A DNA stretch of 61,188 nt from Clostridia bacterium (lineage in GTDB: Bacteria > Bacillota > Clostridia > UMGS1883): contig JAZREK010000067.1 in the NCBI GenBank assembly GCA_045660765.1, positions 1-61,188 on the forward strand. The letters run 5' to 3'. Made by a program: the position numbers and the translations under genes. The notes below the pieces were generated by a model. The model saw nothing but the letters and a program-made list of their open reading frames with translations, made no database searches and had not been told where the DNA came from. Shown one piece after another: positions 27,423-36,374 of this stretch (the stretch's first letter is position 1; each line of letters starts with the position of its first letter).

Positions 27423-29783
27423 TTAAATTCTGGGCGTTACACCGATTGTGTTGAAGTTTTCGATTATTTTATCGATATGCTTCTGGATTTCTTCCATTGA
27501 AAGTGTTCTCTCGTCGGATGAGAACGCAAAGCGGAGTGTTATTGACATTTCGCCGTTCATTTCGTAAGTATCAACAAGAGTTACACCGTCAAGTTCTGCA
27601 ATTTCTTCGTTTTCCCAAGCCTTTGCAATTTCGCTGTACTTCTTGCCGTTTGTAACAAGAGAAAGGTCATAGTCAACGCCGGGGAATTTTGAAGGCTCTC
27701 TAAACTTAAGAGCAGTCATTGCAGCCTGTTCAAAGTCTGCCATATCAATTTCGATACATACAACAGATGCGTTCTTGTCAATCTTTTTAAGATTTGACGG
27801 ATGAAGTGTACAAAGAACACCAACCTTCTGTCCGTTTACGGAAATCTCTGATGTATTCTTCGGATGCTGCCAGTTATACTGAGGCTCAATTCTTGTAAAC
27901 TGAGGCTCTGCATGGCGAAGCTGACCACAGATGTATCTTACGATTTCAACAGCCTTGAAGTAAAGTTCCTTTTCACTTGATGTCTTGTCAAAAAGAGTGA
28001 TACCAAGACGTTCCTTTTCGTTTGCAAGCTTTTCTTCTGTAAGACCATCAACTACTCGACCGATTTCGAAAATGCCATACGCAGGTGCGTACTGCTTATT
28101 TTCGTAGGCAAATGTGAGGAGTGTGGGAAGCATACTCTTACGGATTGTTCCGTTTTCGGGTGTTGCAATATTAAGGATTGTAACATTTTCGGGAACTTCG
28201 ATACCGAGCTTCTTGTACTTGTTACCGTCGCACCAGATGTATGAGTGTACTTCGTTCATCATATAGCGCTGAACAAGGATATCCTTAATCCAATCGCTGT
28301 CGCGGTGCATAACGGTTGCTCTTACGGGAGTAAGCGCACTCTTTGTTGTTGTGATTTCAAAGTTATCATATCCGTAGATACGAGTGATTTCTTCGATAAC
28401 GTCCGCCTTGATTGTAACGTCCTTTGTAGCACGCCATGAGGGAACTGTTACGCTGAAATCTTCGCCGTCAAGCTTTGCGTTGAAGCCAAGAAGATTAAGT
28501 GTTGAAAGAATCTGCTCGGTAGGAATATCAATACCTGTGTAACGGTCTACATATGCCTTTGTGAATGTAAGATCAATCTGGTCATACTTCTGTACATATT
28601 CATCAGTAAGCTGTGATGAAACCTTTGCACCGGGATCAATTGCAAGAAGAAGATTAAGGAATCTCTTTACTGCTGTAAGTGTCATTTCGGGGTCGAGGAT
28701 CTTTTCGTAACGCATACTTGCATCAGTACGAAGACCAAGCTTTGTTGATGACTTACGCACGCTTACACCATCAAAGTTTGCACTTTCAAGCACAACAGAT
28801 GTAGTACCATCAATAATTTCTGAATCAAGACCGCCCATAATACCTGCAATTGCAACGGGTGTGTCGTTGTTGTAGATAAGAAGTGTATCTGTGTCAATGT
28901 CGCGCTCTGTATTATCAAGAGTTGTAAACTTCATTGCGCTTTCGGGTGTTCCAACCTTGATTGCGTCAATCTTTCTTGCATCAAATGCATGAGTGGGCTG
29001 ACCAAGTTCAAGCATAATGTAGTTTGTAAGGTCGGCAAGAAGATTGATTCCGCGCATACCGCAGTAGTAAAGACGGATACGCATATTCATGGGACTTACA
29101 CTTTCATTGATGTCAGAAACTTCAAGGCAAGAATATCTGTAAACGAGGTCATTTCTTGTAACTGTTACAGGGATTTTCTTGTCGCCATTATAAACGGGTT
29201 CTGTAAGTGCAAGAGGCTTAAGCTCCTGATTTGTAAGAGCCGCAAATTCACGCGCAATACCGTAATGTCCCCAAAGGTCAGGGCGGTTTGTAAGAGATTT
29301 GTTATCAACCTCAAACACTACGTCATCAATATCGAAAATTTCTTTAAGGTTTGTACCGTTTTTAAGTGAAGAATCAAGTTCCATGATTCCGCTGTTTTCG
29401 TCGCTGATACCAAGTTCAGCTTCGCTACAGCACATACCTTCTGACATATAGCCTGCTACTTCTCTTTTTGCGATTTCAAGACCGGGCACGCTACCGCCAA
29501 CCTTGGCAAAAGCTACCTTAAGACCAAGTCTTGCATTGGGTGCGCCACATACGCAATCGTAAATTCTGTCGCCACCGTCAACCTTTAATATATGAAGCTT
29601 TTTGGAGTTGGGGTGTTCCTCGAAAGAAACGATTTCACCAACTACAACGTTGTTTACTTCTTTACCTTTGAAATAAATATCTTCAACCTCGGCAGTAGAA
29701 AGAGTAAACTTCATAATGAGTTTCTCAAGGTCCTGTCCTTCAAGGTTAACATATTCTTTTATCCAATTCATTGAAACTAACAT
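27423..29783 (-). CDS. pheT: Phenylalanine--tRNA ligase beta subunit
   Basis: VCGAPN, SEGMCCS, NRPDL, GQPTHAFD and EEITRIYGY. Confidence 0.97.
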   Translation of the reverse strand: MLVSMNWIKEYVNLEGQDLEKLIMKFTLSTAEVEDIYFKGKEVNNVVVGEIVSFEEHPNSKKLHILKVDGGDRIYDCVCGAPNARLGLKVAFAKVGGSVPGLEIAKREVAGYMSEGMCCSEAELGISDENSGIMELDSSLKNGTNLKEIFDIDDVVFEVDNKSLTNRPDLWGHYGIAREFAALTNQELKPLALTEPVYNGDKKIPVTVTRNDLVYRYSCLEVSDINESVSPMNMRIRLYYCGMRGINLLADLTNYIMLELGQPTHAFDARKIDAIKVGTPESAMKFTTLDNTERDIDTDTLLIYNNDTPVAIAGIMGGLDSEIIDGTTSVVLESANFDGVSVRKSSTKLGLRTDASMRYEKILDPEMTLTAVKRFLNLLLAIDPGAKVSSQLTDEYVQKYDQIDLTFTKAYVDRYTGIDIPTEQILSTLNLLGFNAKLDGEDFSVTVPSWRATKDVTIKADVIEEITRIYGYDNFEITTTKSALTPVRATVMHRDSDWIKDILVQRYMMNEVHSYIWCDGNKYKKLGIEVPENVTILNIATPENGTIRKSMLPTLLTFAYENKQYAPAYGIFEIGRVVDGLTEEKLANEKERLGITLFDKTSSEKELYFKAVEIVRYICGQLRHAEPQFTRIEPQYNWQHPKNTSEISVNGQKVGVLCTLHPSNLKKIDKNASVVCIEIDMADFEQAAMTALKFREPSKFPGVDYDLSLVTNGKKYSEIAKAWENEEIAELDGVTLVDTYEMNGEMSITLRFAFSSDERTLSMEEIQKHIDKIIENFNTIGVTPRI

Positions 29784-29825
29784 TATAATACCTCCTAGGC
29801 ATAAAAGAGTCAGACTCCATATGCC

Positions 29826-30857
29826 TTACTCGTTTTTAAACTGTGAAAGTGACTTAAGTGAGCCACTGTTGAATGTTCTGATATCTTTTACGCCATACTT
29901 CATCATCGCAAGTCTTGTAAGACCAAGACCGAACGCAAAGCCAGTATATTCTTCGGGATCAATACCGCCGTGTGTAAGTACGTTGGGATGAATCATACCG
30001 CAGGGGCAAAGTTCAAGCCAACCTGAATTCTTACAAGAGGGGCAACCTTCACCGCCACAGTTAAGACACTTGATATCAAGTTCGAAACCGGGTTCCACGA
30101 ACGGGAAGAAACCGGGACGAAGACGAACTGTTACATCCTTCTGGAATACTTCTGAAAGCATAGTCTTCATAAAGTAGATAAGGTTTGAAATAGAAATATC
30201 CTTATCAATCATGATACCTTCCATCTGGAAGAATGTGTTTTCGTGACACGCGTCAGTTGATTCGTTACGGAAACAACGTCCGGGGAAAATCGCACGAAGA
30301 GGTGCGCCATACTTCTTCATAATAGCGTTCTGCGCCGCAGATGTATGCGTCTTAAGAAGCTGATTTTCTGTTGAAAGATAGTATGTGTCCTGCATATCAC
30401 GTGCGGGATGATGCTTGGGAATGTTGAGTGCTTCAAAGCAATGATAGTCGTCAACAATTTCCGAATAGTTTTCAATTGCAAATCCCATACTTGCGAAAAT
30501 GCGTTCAAGATCACGCTGAACAAGTGTGATGGGATGATATGAACCTGTCTTGATGTCATAAGGAAGAGACTCATCATACTGTTCTGCGCTGTCGATGAGC
30601 TTCTGCTGTTCTGCTTCAAGAATAGCTGTTCTCTTTTCGGAAATCTCGTTTTCGATTTCAGTTTTGAGAACATTTACCCCCTGACCAAATGCTTTCTTTT
30701 CTTCGTTGGGAACATTCTTAAGCTCGCTCATAAGTGCGGCTACAAGACCTTTCTTTCCCAAGAACTCAACTCGTAATTCCTCAACCTGTTCGGAAGTAGT
30801 TACAGAGCTGATTTTTTCGTCAAACAGTGCTTTAACCTCTGTTACTTTACTGCTCAT
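29826..30857 (-). CDS. pheS: Phenylalanine--tRNA ligase alpha subunit
   Basis: HHPARDMQDT, FFPFVEPG and GFAFGLG; true start ATG 30857 (RBS AGGAGG). Confidence 0.97.
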   Translation of the reverse strand: MSSKVTEVKALFDEKISSVTTSEQVEELRVEFLGKKGLVAALMSELKNVPNEEKKAFGQGVNVLKTEIENEISEKRTAILEAEQQKLIDSAEQYDESLPYDIKTGSYHPITLVQRDLERIFASMGFAIENYSEIVDDYHCFEALNIPKHHPARDMQDTYYLSTENQLLKTHTSAAQNAIMKKYGAPLRAIFPGRCFRNESTDACHENTFFQMEGIMIDKDISISNLIYFMKTMLSEVFQKDVTVRLRPGFFPFVEPGFELDIKCLNCGGEGCPSCKNSGWLELCPCGMIHPNVLTHGGIDPEEYTGFAFGLGLTRLAMMKYGVKDIRTFNSGSLKSLSQFKNE

Positions 30858-30899
30858 ACGAATAACCTCCTTTATATATGTAAAAAATTCTGATACAAA

Positions 30900-31140
30900 C
30901 AAAAAGACTCCCATCCCACAAAGGGACGAGAGTTCTCGCGGTACCACCCTTATTCAAAGCAAGATTGCTTTGCACTTTCATCGCTTTATCGCAGCGTAAC
31001 GCCTTACTTAACGCAGAATGCTTTTCGCAAGGGGCTCCCGCGCTGAAATTCAAATTTGCGCACAATGGAAAAGCTTTCAGCCAGTGACTTTTCCTCTCTT
31101 AAAAGTGCGGTGCAAATCCTACTTACACGCGTTCATCACC
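30900..31140 (-). promoter_or_regulatory. T-box riboswitch (Phe)
   Basis: Stem I with AGAGA and GCTGAA motifs, specifier UUC (plus-strand gaa 31045-31047), T-box AGGGTGGTACCGCG (~30938-30951) and terminator; promoter TTGACA, 17 bp, TATTAT at 31151-31179. Confidence 0.92.
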
Positions 31141-31221
31141 ATACTAGGGTATAATATCATATAGGAAAGGTATTGTCAATAGGGATTATTTACAGCAGGT
31201 TTTATGTCTGGATATTTCAAA

Positions 31222-31258
31222 CAAAGCCTCTCCTGACAAAAGTCAGGAGAGGCTTTTA
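31222..31258 (-). terminator. Intrinsic terminator
   Basis: AAAGCCTCTCCTGAC-AAAA-GTCAGGAGAGGCTTT downstream of the kinase fusion gene. Confidence 0.85.
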
Positions 31259-31277
31259 TAATATGTTTTATTAATAA

Positions 31278-33665
31278 TTAAAAAATAACTTTAGAACCGC
31301 ATGATGCTGAACAAACATTTGCCGCTCTGTCAAAGCCGTATTTGTCGTAATACTTTTCATTAATTACTGAAATTATGCTTTCTGCCTTGGATTTTTCAAC
31401 AAGTGCCACAACGCATCCGCCAAGGCCTGCGCCAACAAGAGAACTTCCTAAAACACCGTCTGTTTCATTAAGAACATCGCACAGATAGTCTATCTTTTCG
31501 GTAGAGCAATCATATGCACCACATTGAAGCGAAACATCAGCATTTTCTTCAAGAAGCCTGTCAAGCATTTCATCAGTAACTCTGCCTCCGTTAACTCTGT
31601 CTCCGTCGTGGCTTTTCTTCATTAACTCACCAAGTTCTTCATACTTGGAATCGCTTAAAAGTTCCATACACTTTTCCGCTCTGGCACACTCGGAAATACC
31701 GAAAAGGCATACTCCCCGAAGATCGTATATTCCCGGGTCTGCATGGTTTGAAAAAATCTGATTAATTCTTTCCTTATGTTCGGGAAGAAGCAGTTCTATG
31801 CCACCACGGGTCATTGTTTCCGGAATTGCTTTGAGAATTTTATATATGTCACTATATGGTCTAACTTTTGATATATCTCTGAATTCAACAAATCCATAAT
31901 CGGGGAAAAGTCTTTTTATAAGCATAAAAGAAAATTCGTATGCCGCAACTTTAGCGTTGAATTTATCTTTACTTCCTTCAGATTTTCTTGACTTTATCAT
32001 ACTATTGGCAACAATCACCGAGTATTTGTCTGAAAAAGCTGCACTTTTACCAACCTTAAAAGGTTTGAAATCAAGATGTACTATCTGGCCGGTTTTTCCG
32101 AACTTCATCGCCGCATGATCACCTGCGCCACCTCTTGATCCGACGAACCATTCGCCTTCGCCGCAAAGTGATACAAAATCGTTGTCAGATATATTAAGAC
32201 AGTTAAGCGCAACAATTGCCTCCATAGTTGCAACAACGATACTTGAAGACGAGGAAAGTCCTGCCGCCACAGGTATCATTCCTGATACTGCAATATTCAT
32301 TCCGCAAAGAGGTTCTTCGTTTTCAAACTGAACTCGAAGCAGCGCACTTTTTATATAATTTGACCAACATCCGCCACTTTCCGAAAGTTCTCTTGCAACT
32401 TCTTCATCGGCAAGATAATCAAGCCACTTTGTATATTTTTTATCCCCCATGGCCTTTTGTATAGAAAAAGTTTTATCTGCGAATGTCGGATCTGTATTCG
32501 TGATATTTATCATATCATCATTATCGCGCGGAGACACAACAAAAACAACATCCTTGTCAGTTGTCATTACATTTATACCGCCACCTCTGTGGTCGATGTG
32601 TCTTCCAACAAGATTTACCCTGCCCGGAGAACGTGCAATCACAACTTTTTGGTCACCAAACTTTTCGGCAAAAAGCTTGAGCACCTCTATATAGCGCAGT
32701 TTCTGATTTTCAACGTTTTCACCGTAAAGAAGCTTGAATTCATCATCAAGCTTTCCGTTTTTGATGTCATCAACAAACTGAGATGCCTCCCTCATAAAGC
32801 GTCTGCTGATTTCACGCAATTCTGGTTTTGTGCTGTAGGTAAGCATATCATCCGAAGATTTTATTTCATAAATTACAGCGTCATCATTTGCAGAAAACTT
32901 TTCAAGTGCATCTGTTAAATATATTTCTCCCTGAGCATTGTCAGAGCCTATACTCTCAATAACACTAACAGCCTCATCTACATCAAAACAATAAAGGCCG
33001 GCATTAGCATATTTTGTATTGAGCACATCATCTGCTGTAAATTTCTTTCCACAAAGAGTAATTGTTCCGGAAGGCTTACTCATTAATGCCAGTTTCAATA
33101 CTTTTTGAGCTTTTTTGCTATTCAGTCGGATTTCCTTCAGAGTTTCTTCATAACAATCTTTTGAAACTTCCGAAAGCTTCATAAGTGCCGCATCAGCAAA
33201 CTCTACTATACCATACGGTTTATCCCCAACAGTTACAACACGTCCCCCGTTGAAGTTTGCCGCAAGAGGCTGAACGCCCCAAACAGATTTTGCATCTTCG
33301 GATCTTAACAGCAAATCATGTATTACAGAAGTTGAAATGATTTTATCACCCATAGAAATAATTACAGGGCCTGAATACCCAACACTCTGCAGAGCCTTAA
33401 GTCCGCACATTGCGGCATGTCCTGTTCCTTTTTGTTCCTTCTGGTAAGCGTAAACAATTCCCTCTTCACCATCGAGGCAATCCATCACACTATAAGCATT
33501 ATGTCCTATAACGATTACAAATTTTGTAACGCCTGCTTGTTTCATGCTGTTAATTATTCTTTTAATTGTAGGAATCCCTGCACAATCAAAGCACACTTTA
33601 TTTTTGGAGTCATCCCCCATTCTAGTACCTTTTCCTGCACAAAGTATGATCGCAGCAGCATTCAT
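31278..33665 (-). CDS. Bifunctional GlmU-like nucleotidyltransferase + GalK-like GHMP sugar kinase
   Basis: N-terminal ILCAGKGTRM, EQKGTGHA and NAQGEIYLTD; C-terminal SPGRVNLVGRHIDH, PVAAGLSSSS and GAGLGGC. Confidence 0.85.
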   Translation of the reverse strand: MNAAAIILCAGKGTRMGDDSKNKVCFDCAGIPTIKRIINSMKQAGVTKFVIVIGHNAYSVMDCLDGEEGIVYAYQKEQKGTGHAAMCGLKALQSVGYSGPVIISMGDKIISTSVIHDLLLRSEDAKSVWGVQPLAANFNGGRVVTVGDKPYGIVEFADAALMKLSEVSKDCYEETLKEIRLNSKKAQKVLKLALMSKPSGTITLCGKKFTADDVLNTKYANAGLYCFDVDEAVSVIESIGSDNAQGEIYLTDALEKFSANDDAVIYEIKSSDDMLTYSTKPELREISRRFMREASQFVDDIKNGKLDDEFKLLYGENVENQKLRYIEVLKLFAEKFGDQKVVIARSPGRVNLVGRHIDHRGGGINVMTTDKDVVFVVSPRDNDDMINITNTDPTFADKTFSIQKAMGDKKYTKWLDYLADEEVARELSESGGCWSNYIKSALLRVQFENEEPLCGMNIAVSGMIPVAAGLSSSSSIVVATMEAIVALNCLNISDNDFVSLCGEGEWFVGSRGGAGDHAAMKFGKTGQIVHLDFKPFKVGKSAAFSDKYSVIVANSMIKSRKSEGSKDKFNAKVAAYEFSFMLIKRLFPDYGFVEFRDISKVRPYSDIYKILKAIPETMTRGGIELLLPEHKERINQIFSNHADPGIYDLRGVCLFGISECARAEKCMELLSDSKYEELGELMKKSHDGDRVNGGRVTDEMLDRLLEENADVSLQCGAYDCSTEKIDYLCDVLNETDGVLGSSLVGAGLGGCVVALVEKSKAESIISVINEKYYDKYGFDRAANVCSASCGSKVIF

Positions 33666-33789
33666 ATTTAATCCTCCTGTAAAATTCGGCATTTATCCTA
33701 ATTTTCTGTTTTGGACCAATTTTAGGCATTATACGTTTTCATTATAACATTAAAATTCTTATGTTTCAAGCCCCGTATTTTTTCACAGC

Positions 33790-33995
33790 AAAAAGAAAGA
33801 CACCAACCTAAAGGTTGATGTCTTCTTTTTATGGTGCGAGAGACGGGACACAGTCGCTTCGCGCCTTGCCTGCTTGACGACCGCTACACTTCGTTCACGG
33901 TGCCCGTCTGCGCACCAGCTTCGCTAAAAACGATTATCAATCGTTTTTTACACTCGCTGCCCCCTTGGGGTTCAAGTCCCGTCTTCTCTCTGCAA
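33790..33995 (-). repeat. tRNA-derived structured element downstream of tRNA-Leu, with its own terminator
   Basis: Sense copy of the tRNA 3' end (33832-33849), antisense copy of the T-arm/acceptor (33968-33990) and a terminator (33790-33830) similar to the tRNA's own (34001-34042). Confidence 0.7.
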
Positions 33996-34000
33996 AGCAT

Positions 34001-34042
34001 AAAAAATAAAGGCACCAACTTTCGTTGATGCCTTTATTTTTT
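34001..34042 (-). terminator. tRNA terminator
   Basis: AAAAATAAAGGCACCAAC-TTTC-GTTGATGCCTTTATTTTT. Confidence 0.8.
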
Positions 34043-34043
34043 A

Positions 34044-34126
34044 TGGTGCGAGAGGCGGGACTTGAACCCGTATGGTCTCCCACACGCACCTTAAACGTGC
34101 GCGTCTGCCGATTCCGCCACTCTCGC
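34044..34126 (-). tRNA. tRNA-Leu (anticodon AAG)
   Basis: GCGAGAGTGGCGGAATCGGCAGACGCG-CACGT-TTAAGGT-GCGTG-TGGGAGACCATACGGGTTCAAGTCCCGCCTCTCGCACCA: long variable arm and encoded CCA; upstream TTGACA, 17 bp, TATAAT. Confidence 0.93.
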
Positions 34127-34289
34127 ATATCGGATGTGTCATCTCGTGACAACAGAGATTATTATAACAGAGGGTTTTAAGAATGTCAACATCTTTTTTC
34201 AAAAAATTTTATTTTTTTCTTTTTTATTATTTAAGGCCGAAAAAGAAAGAGGTTGTCCGCTTCCGGACAACCTCTTAATATTGTATATT

Positions 34290-36152
34290 TTACTGAGCAG
34301 AAGGTGTTACTACGATTGTCTTTGCAACGAATGCACCGTTTGTATATGCGCCTGTTGCGATGATGTAATCGCCCTTCTTAAGATTCTTGAATGCGATTTC
34401 TTTACCTGTTTCGCCGTCAATAATCTTTGCAGAGAATGTTGTTCCCATCTTGCTTACAAAGATCTGTTCGCTTACACCGTCGTCTGTGATGACGTTAATG
34501 TATCCGTAAGCTGTGCTGATGCTTTCAACGCTACCACTCTTTGTAGTTGTGCTTGACGCCTGTGTCTGTTCAAGTTTCTTTACTGTTGAGCCTGAAAGAG
34601 TAAGTGTAACTACATTACCAAGACGAAGGTCATAGATTGTAGCCTTGTTTCCTGCAACAACATATTCAGCATCCATTGCAACTGCATATTCTGTTTCTGT
34701 GCCACCTTCTGAAATTGTAATTGTTGACTGAGAAGCGATTTTAATTGCTGTTATTGAACCTGTTGCACTACCCTTAACGCTTGTAGCAACAATCTTTGTG
34801 ATTGTACCGCGTTTTACAGTAAGAACAACCTTATCGCCGGGAAGAACATCACTAAGTGATGCCTTCTGAGAATCGCGACGAACTGTTACATCTTCTGAAA
34901 CGGGATATTTAGAAACAGTTTCTTCTTCTGAAACTTCTTCAACAGTAGTAACGGAAAGAGATACGGGTTCATCAAGGATTATTGCCTTAACTGTACCCTG
35001 AACTGTTGCTTCCGCTGTAAGGCGGTCAATTGAAACAATATCATCACCAAGGAGGTTTACTACGATGTAGTCGCCAACCTTTACAGACTTCATTGCATCT
35101 GCAACACCATCTGTTGTAACCTTGATTTCGTTATTTCCATAGAAAGAAATGCTTTCGCCGGTCTTTTCTTCCTTAATGGTAATTCTTACATAGTTGTCTT
35201 TTGTAACAATTGCTTCAACAGTACCTTCTGTCACTTTGTTTGTGATAGGAGTAATTACATCAATTGAGTAAATATCCTTGCCGTGTCTTACAACAACAAT
35301 CTTGCTTTCTTCAAGGATATCTTCTGCAACGCCTTCTTTACCGTCTATAACAATCTTTGCATCTTCCGGAACGATGTAGTTCTTGTCGTTACCCTTGGAA
35401 TTTTCAAAGTAGATTGCTCTACCTTCCTTAACAACGTCAAAAACAACGCCTGCTTCAACGCTGACTTCAAGCTTTGTCATAATTCTGTGAAGAAGAACAC
35501 AAACCTGAGCTCTTGAAAGAGGTGCATCTGCGTCGAAAACGATTGTGCCGTCATCCTTCTGGACACCGTTCATGAAACCGTTCTTCACAACATATGCTAT
35601 ATAACCTGCATCGCTGTCGCTGATATCTTCCTTATCTTCGAATTCAAGATCTTCAGCATTTGTTTTTTCGATTTCAGCATCCATAAGGTTTGCAAGAAGA
35701 ATTGCAGCATCACTTCTGGGGAACTCGTCAGCATACTGATCATCTTCAAGGTAAGATACTATTTCATCTTCTGCAATGATTCCTTTATAAAGAAGGAATG
35801 AAAGTTCCTTTTTGAAAGAATCGTATGCGCCAAGGTCAAGTTCTTCCAAAGTGTACTGATATTTGTCATATGCAAAATCTACGATTTCGCCATATTCTTC
35901 GTTAGAAAAACCGGCAACTCGAGAGAAAAGGATAAGTGCCTCAATCTTGGTGATCGCCTTATCAGGTTTGAATGTACCGTCTGTATAACCCTGGATAATA
36001 CCAAGTTCAGTCATTTCACTAATCTGTTCTGCAGCCCAATCGTGATCGGGTGAAAGAACGTCGGGGAATGCTTTCTCCGCCAGTGCCATAGGCACCATGC
36101 AAGAGAGTGCTAAGCTAAGTGCAATAATAACGGACAGAAATTTATTTTTCAT
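34290..36152 (-). CDS. S-layer homology (SLH) domain surface protein
   Basis: Signal peptide; FPDV..HDWA..GIIQGYTDGTFKPDKAITKIE and LSRAQ SLH motifs; repeated beta-rich C-terminal modules. Confidence 0.85.
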   Translation of the reverse strand: MKNKFLSVIIALSLALSCMVPMALAEKAFPDVLSPDHDWAAEQISEMTELGIIQGYTDGTFKPDKAITKIEALILFSRVAGFSNEEYGEIVDFAYDKYQYTLEELDLGAYDSFKKELSFLLYKGIIAEDEIVSYLEDDQYADEFPRSDAAILLANLMDAEIEKTNAEDLEFEDKEDISDSDAGYIAYVVKNGFMNGVQKDDGTIVFDADAPLSRAQVCVLLHRIMTKLEVSVEAGVVFDVVKEGRAIYFENSKGNDKNYIVPEDAKIVIDGKEGVAEDILEESKIVVVRHGKDIYSIDVITPITNKVTEGTVEAIVTKDNYVRITIKEEKTGESISFYGNNEIKVTTDGVADAMKSVKVGDYIVVNLLGDDIVSIDRLTAEATVQGTVKAIILDEPVSLSVTTVEEVSEEETVSKYPVSEDVTVRRDSQKASLSDVLPGDKVVLTVKRGTITKIVATSVKGSATGSITAIKIASQSTITISEGGTETEYAVAMDAEYVVAGNKATIYDLRLGNVVTLTLSGSTVKKLEQTQASSTTTKSGSVESISTAYGYINVITDDGVSEQIFVSKMGTTFSAKIIDGETGKEIAFKNLKKGDYIIATGAYTNGAFVAKTIVVTPSAQ

Positions 36153-36374
36153 TTCTATCGTCCTCCTTCCTATACTTGATTATATAATAACATATGAATT
36201 ATTAAATTGCAATACAAAAACACAAAAAAATGTGCTTTTCCGTTCATTTTTTTGCACAAAAAGCACTACATTTTGTATTTGTGCACATATTGTAAACTTT
36301 CGATATTTTATTTGCACTTAATCGTTGTTTATGATATAATGATTTTTAACCCTTATGAAAGGAAATTGATAGTT

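Noticed and set aside
30858-30947. N-terminal extension of pheS in the ORF track
   Set aside because: Overlaps the T-box terminator; the RBS supports ATG 30857.
33832-34061. Prophage/ICE attL-attR pair at tRNA-Leu
   Set aside because: The direct repeats are only ~210 bp apart with no integrase or cargo; reported instead as a miniature element.
34085-34097. Reading the tRNA as Leu(TAA)
   Set aside because: A 5-bp stem with a 7-nt loop places AAG, not TAA, at positions 34-36.
36207-36374. N-terminal extension of the Clp ATPase ORF
   Set aside because: AT-rich promoter region; the RBS and zinc-finger start support ATG 36375.
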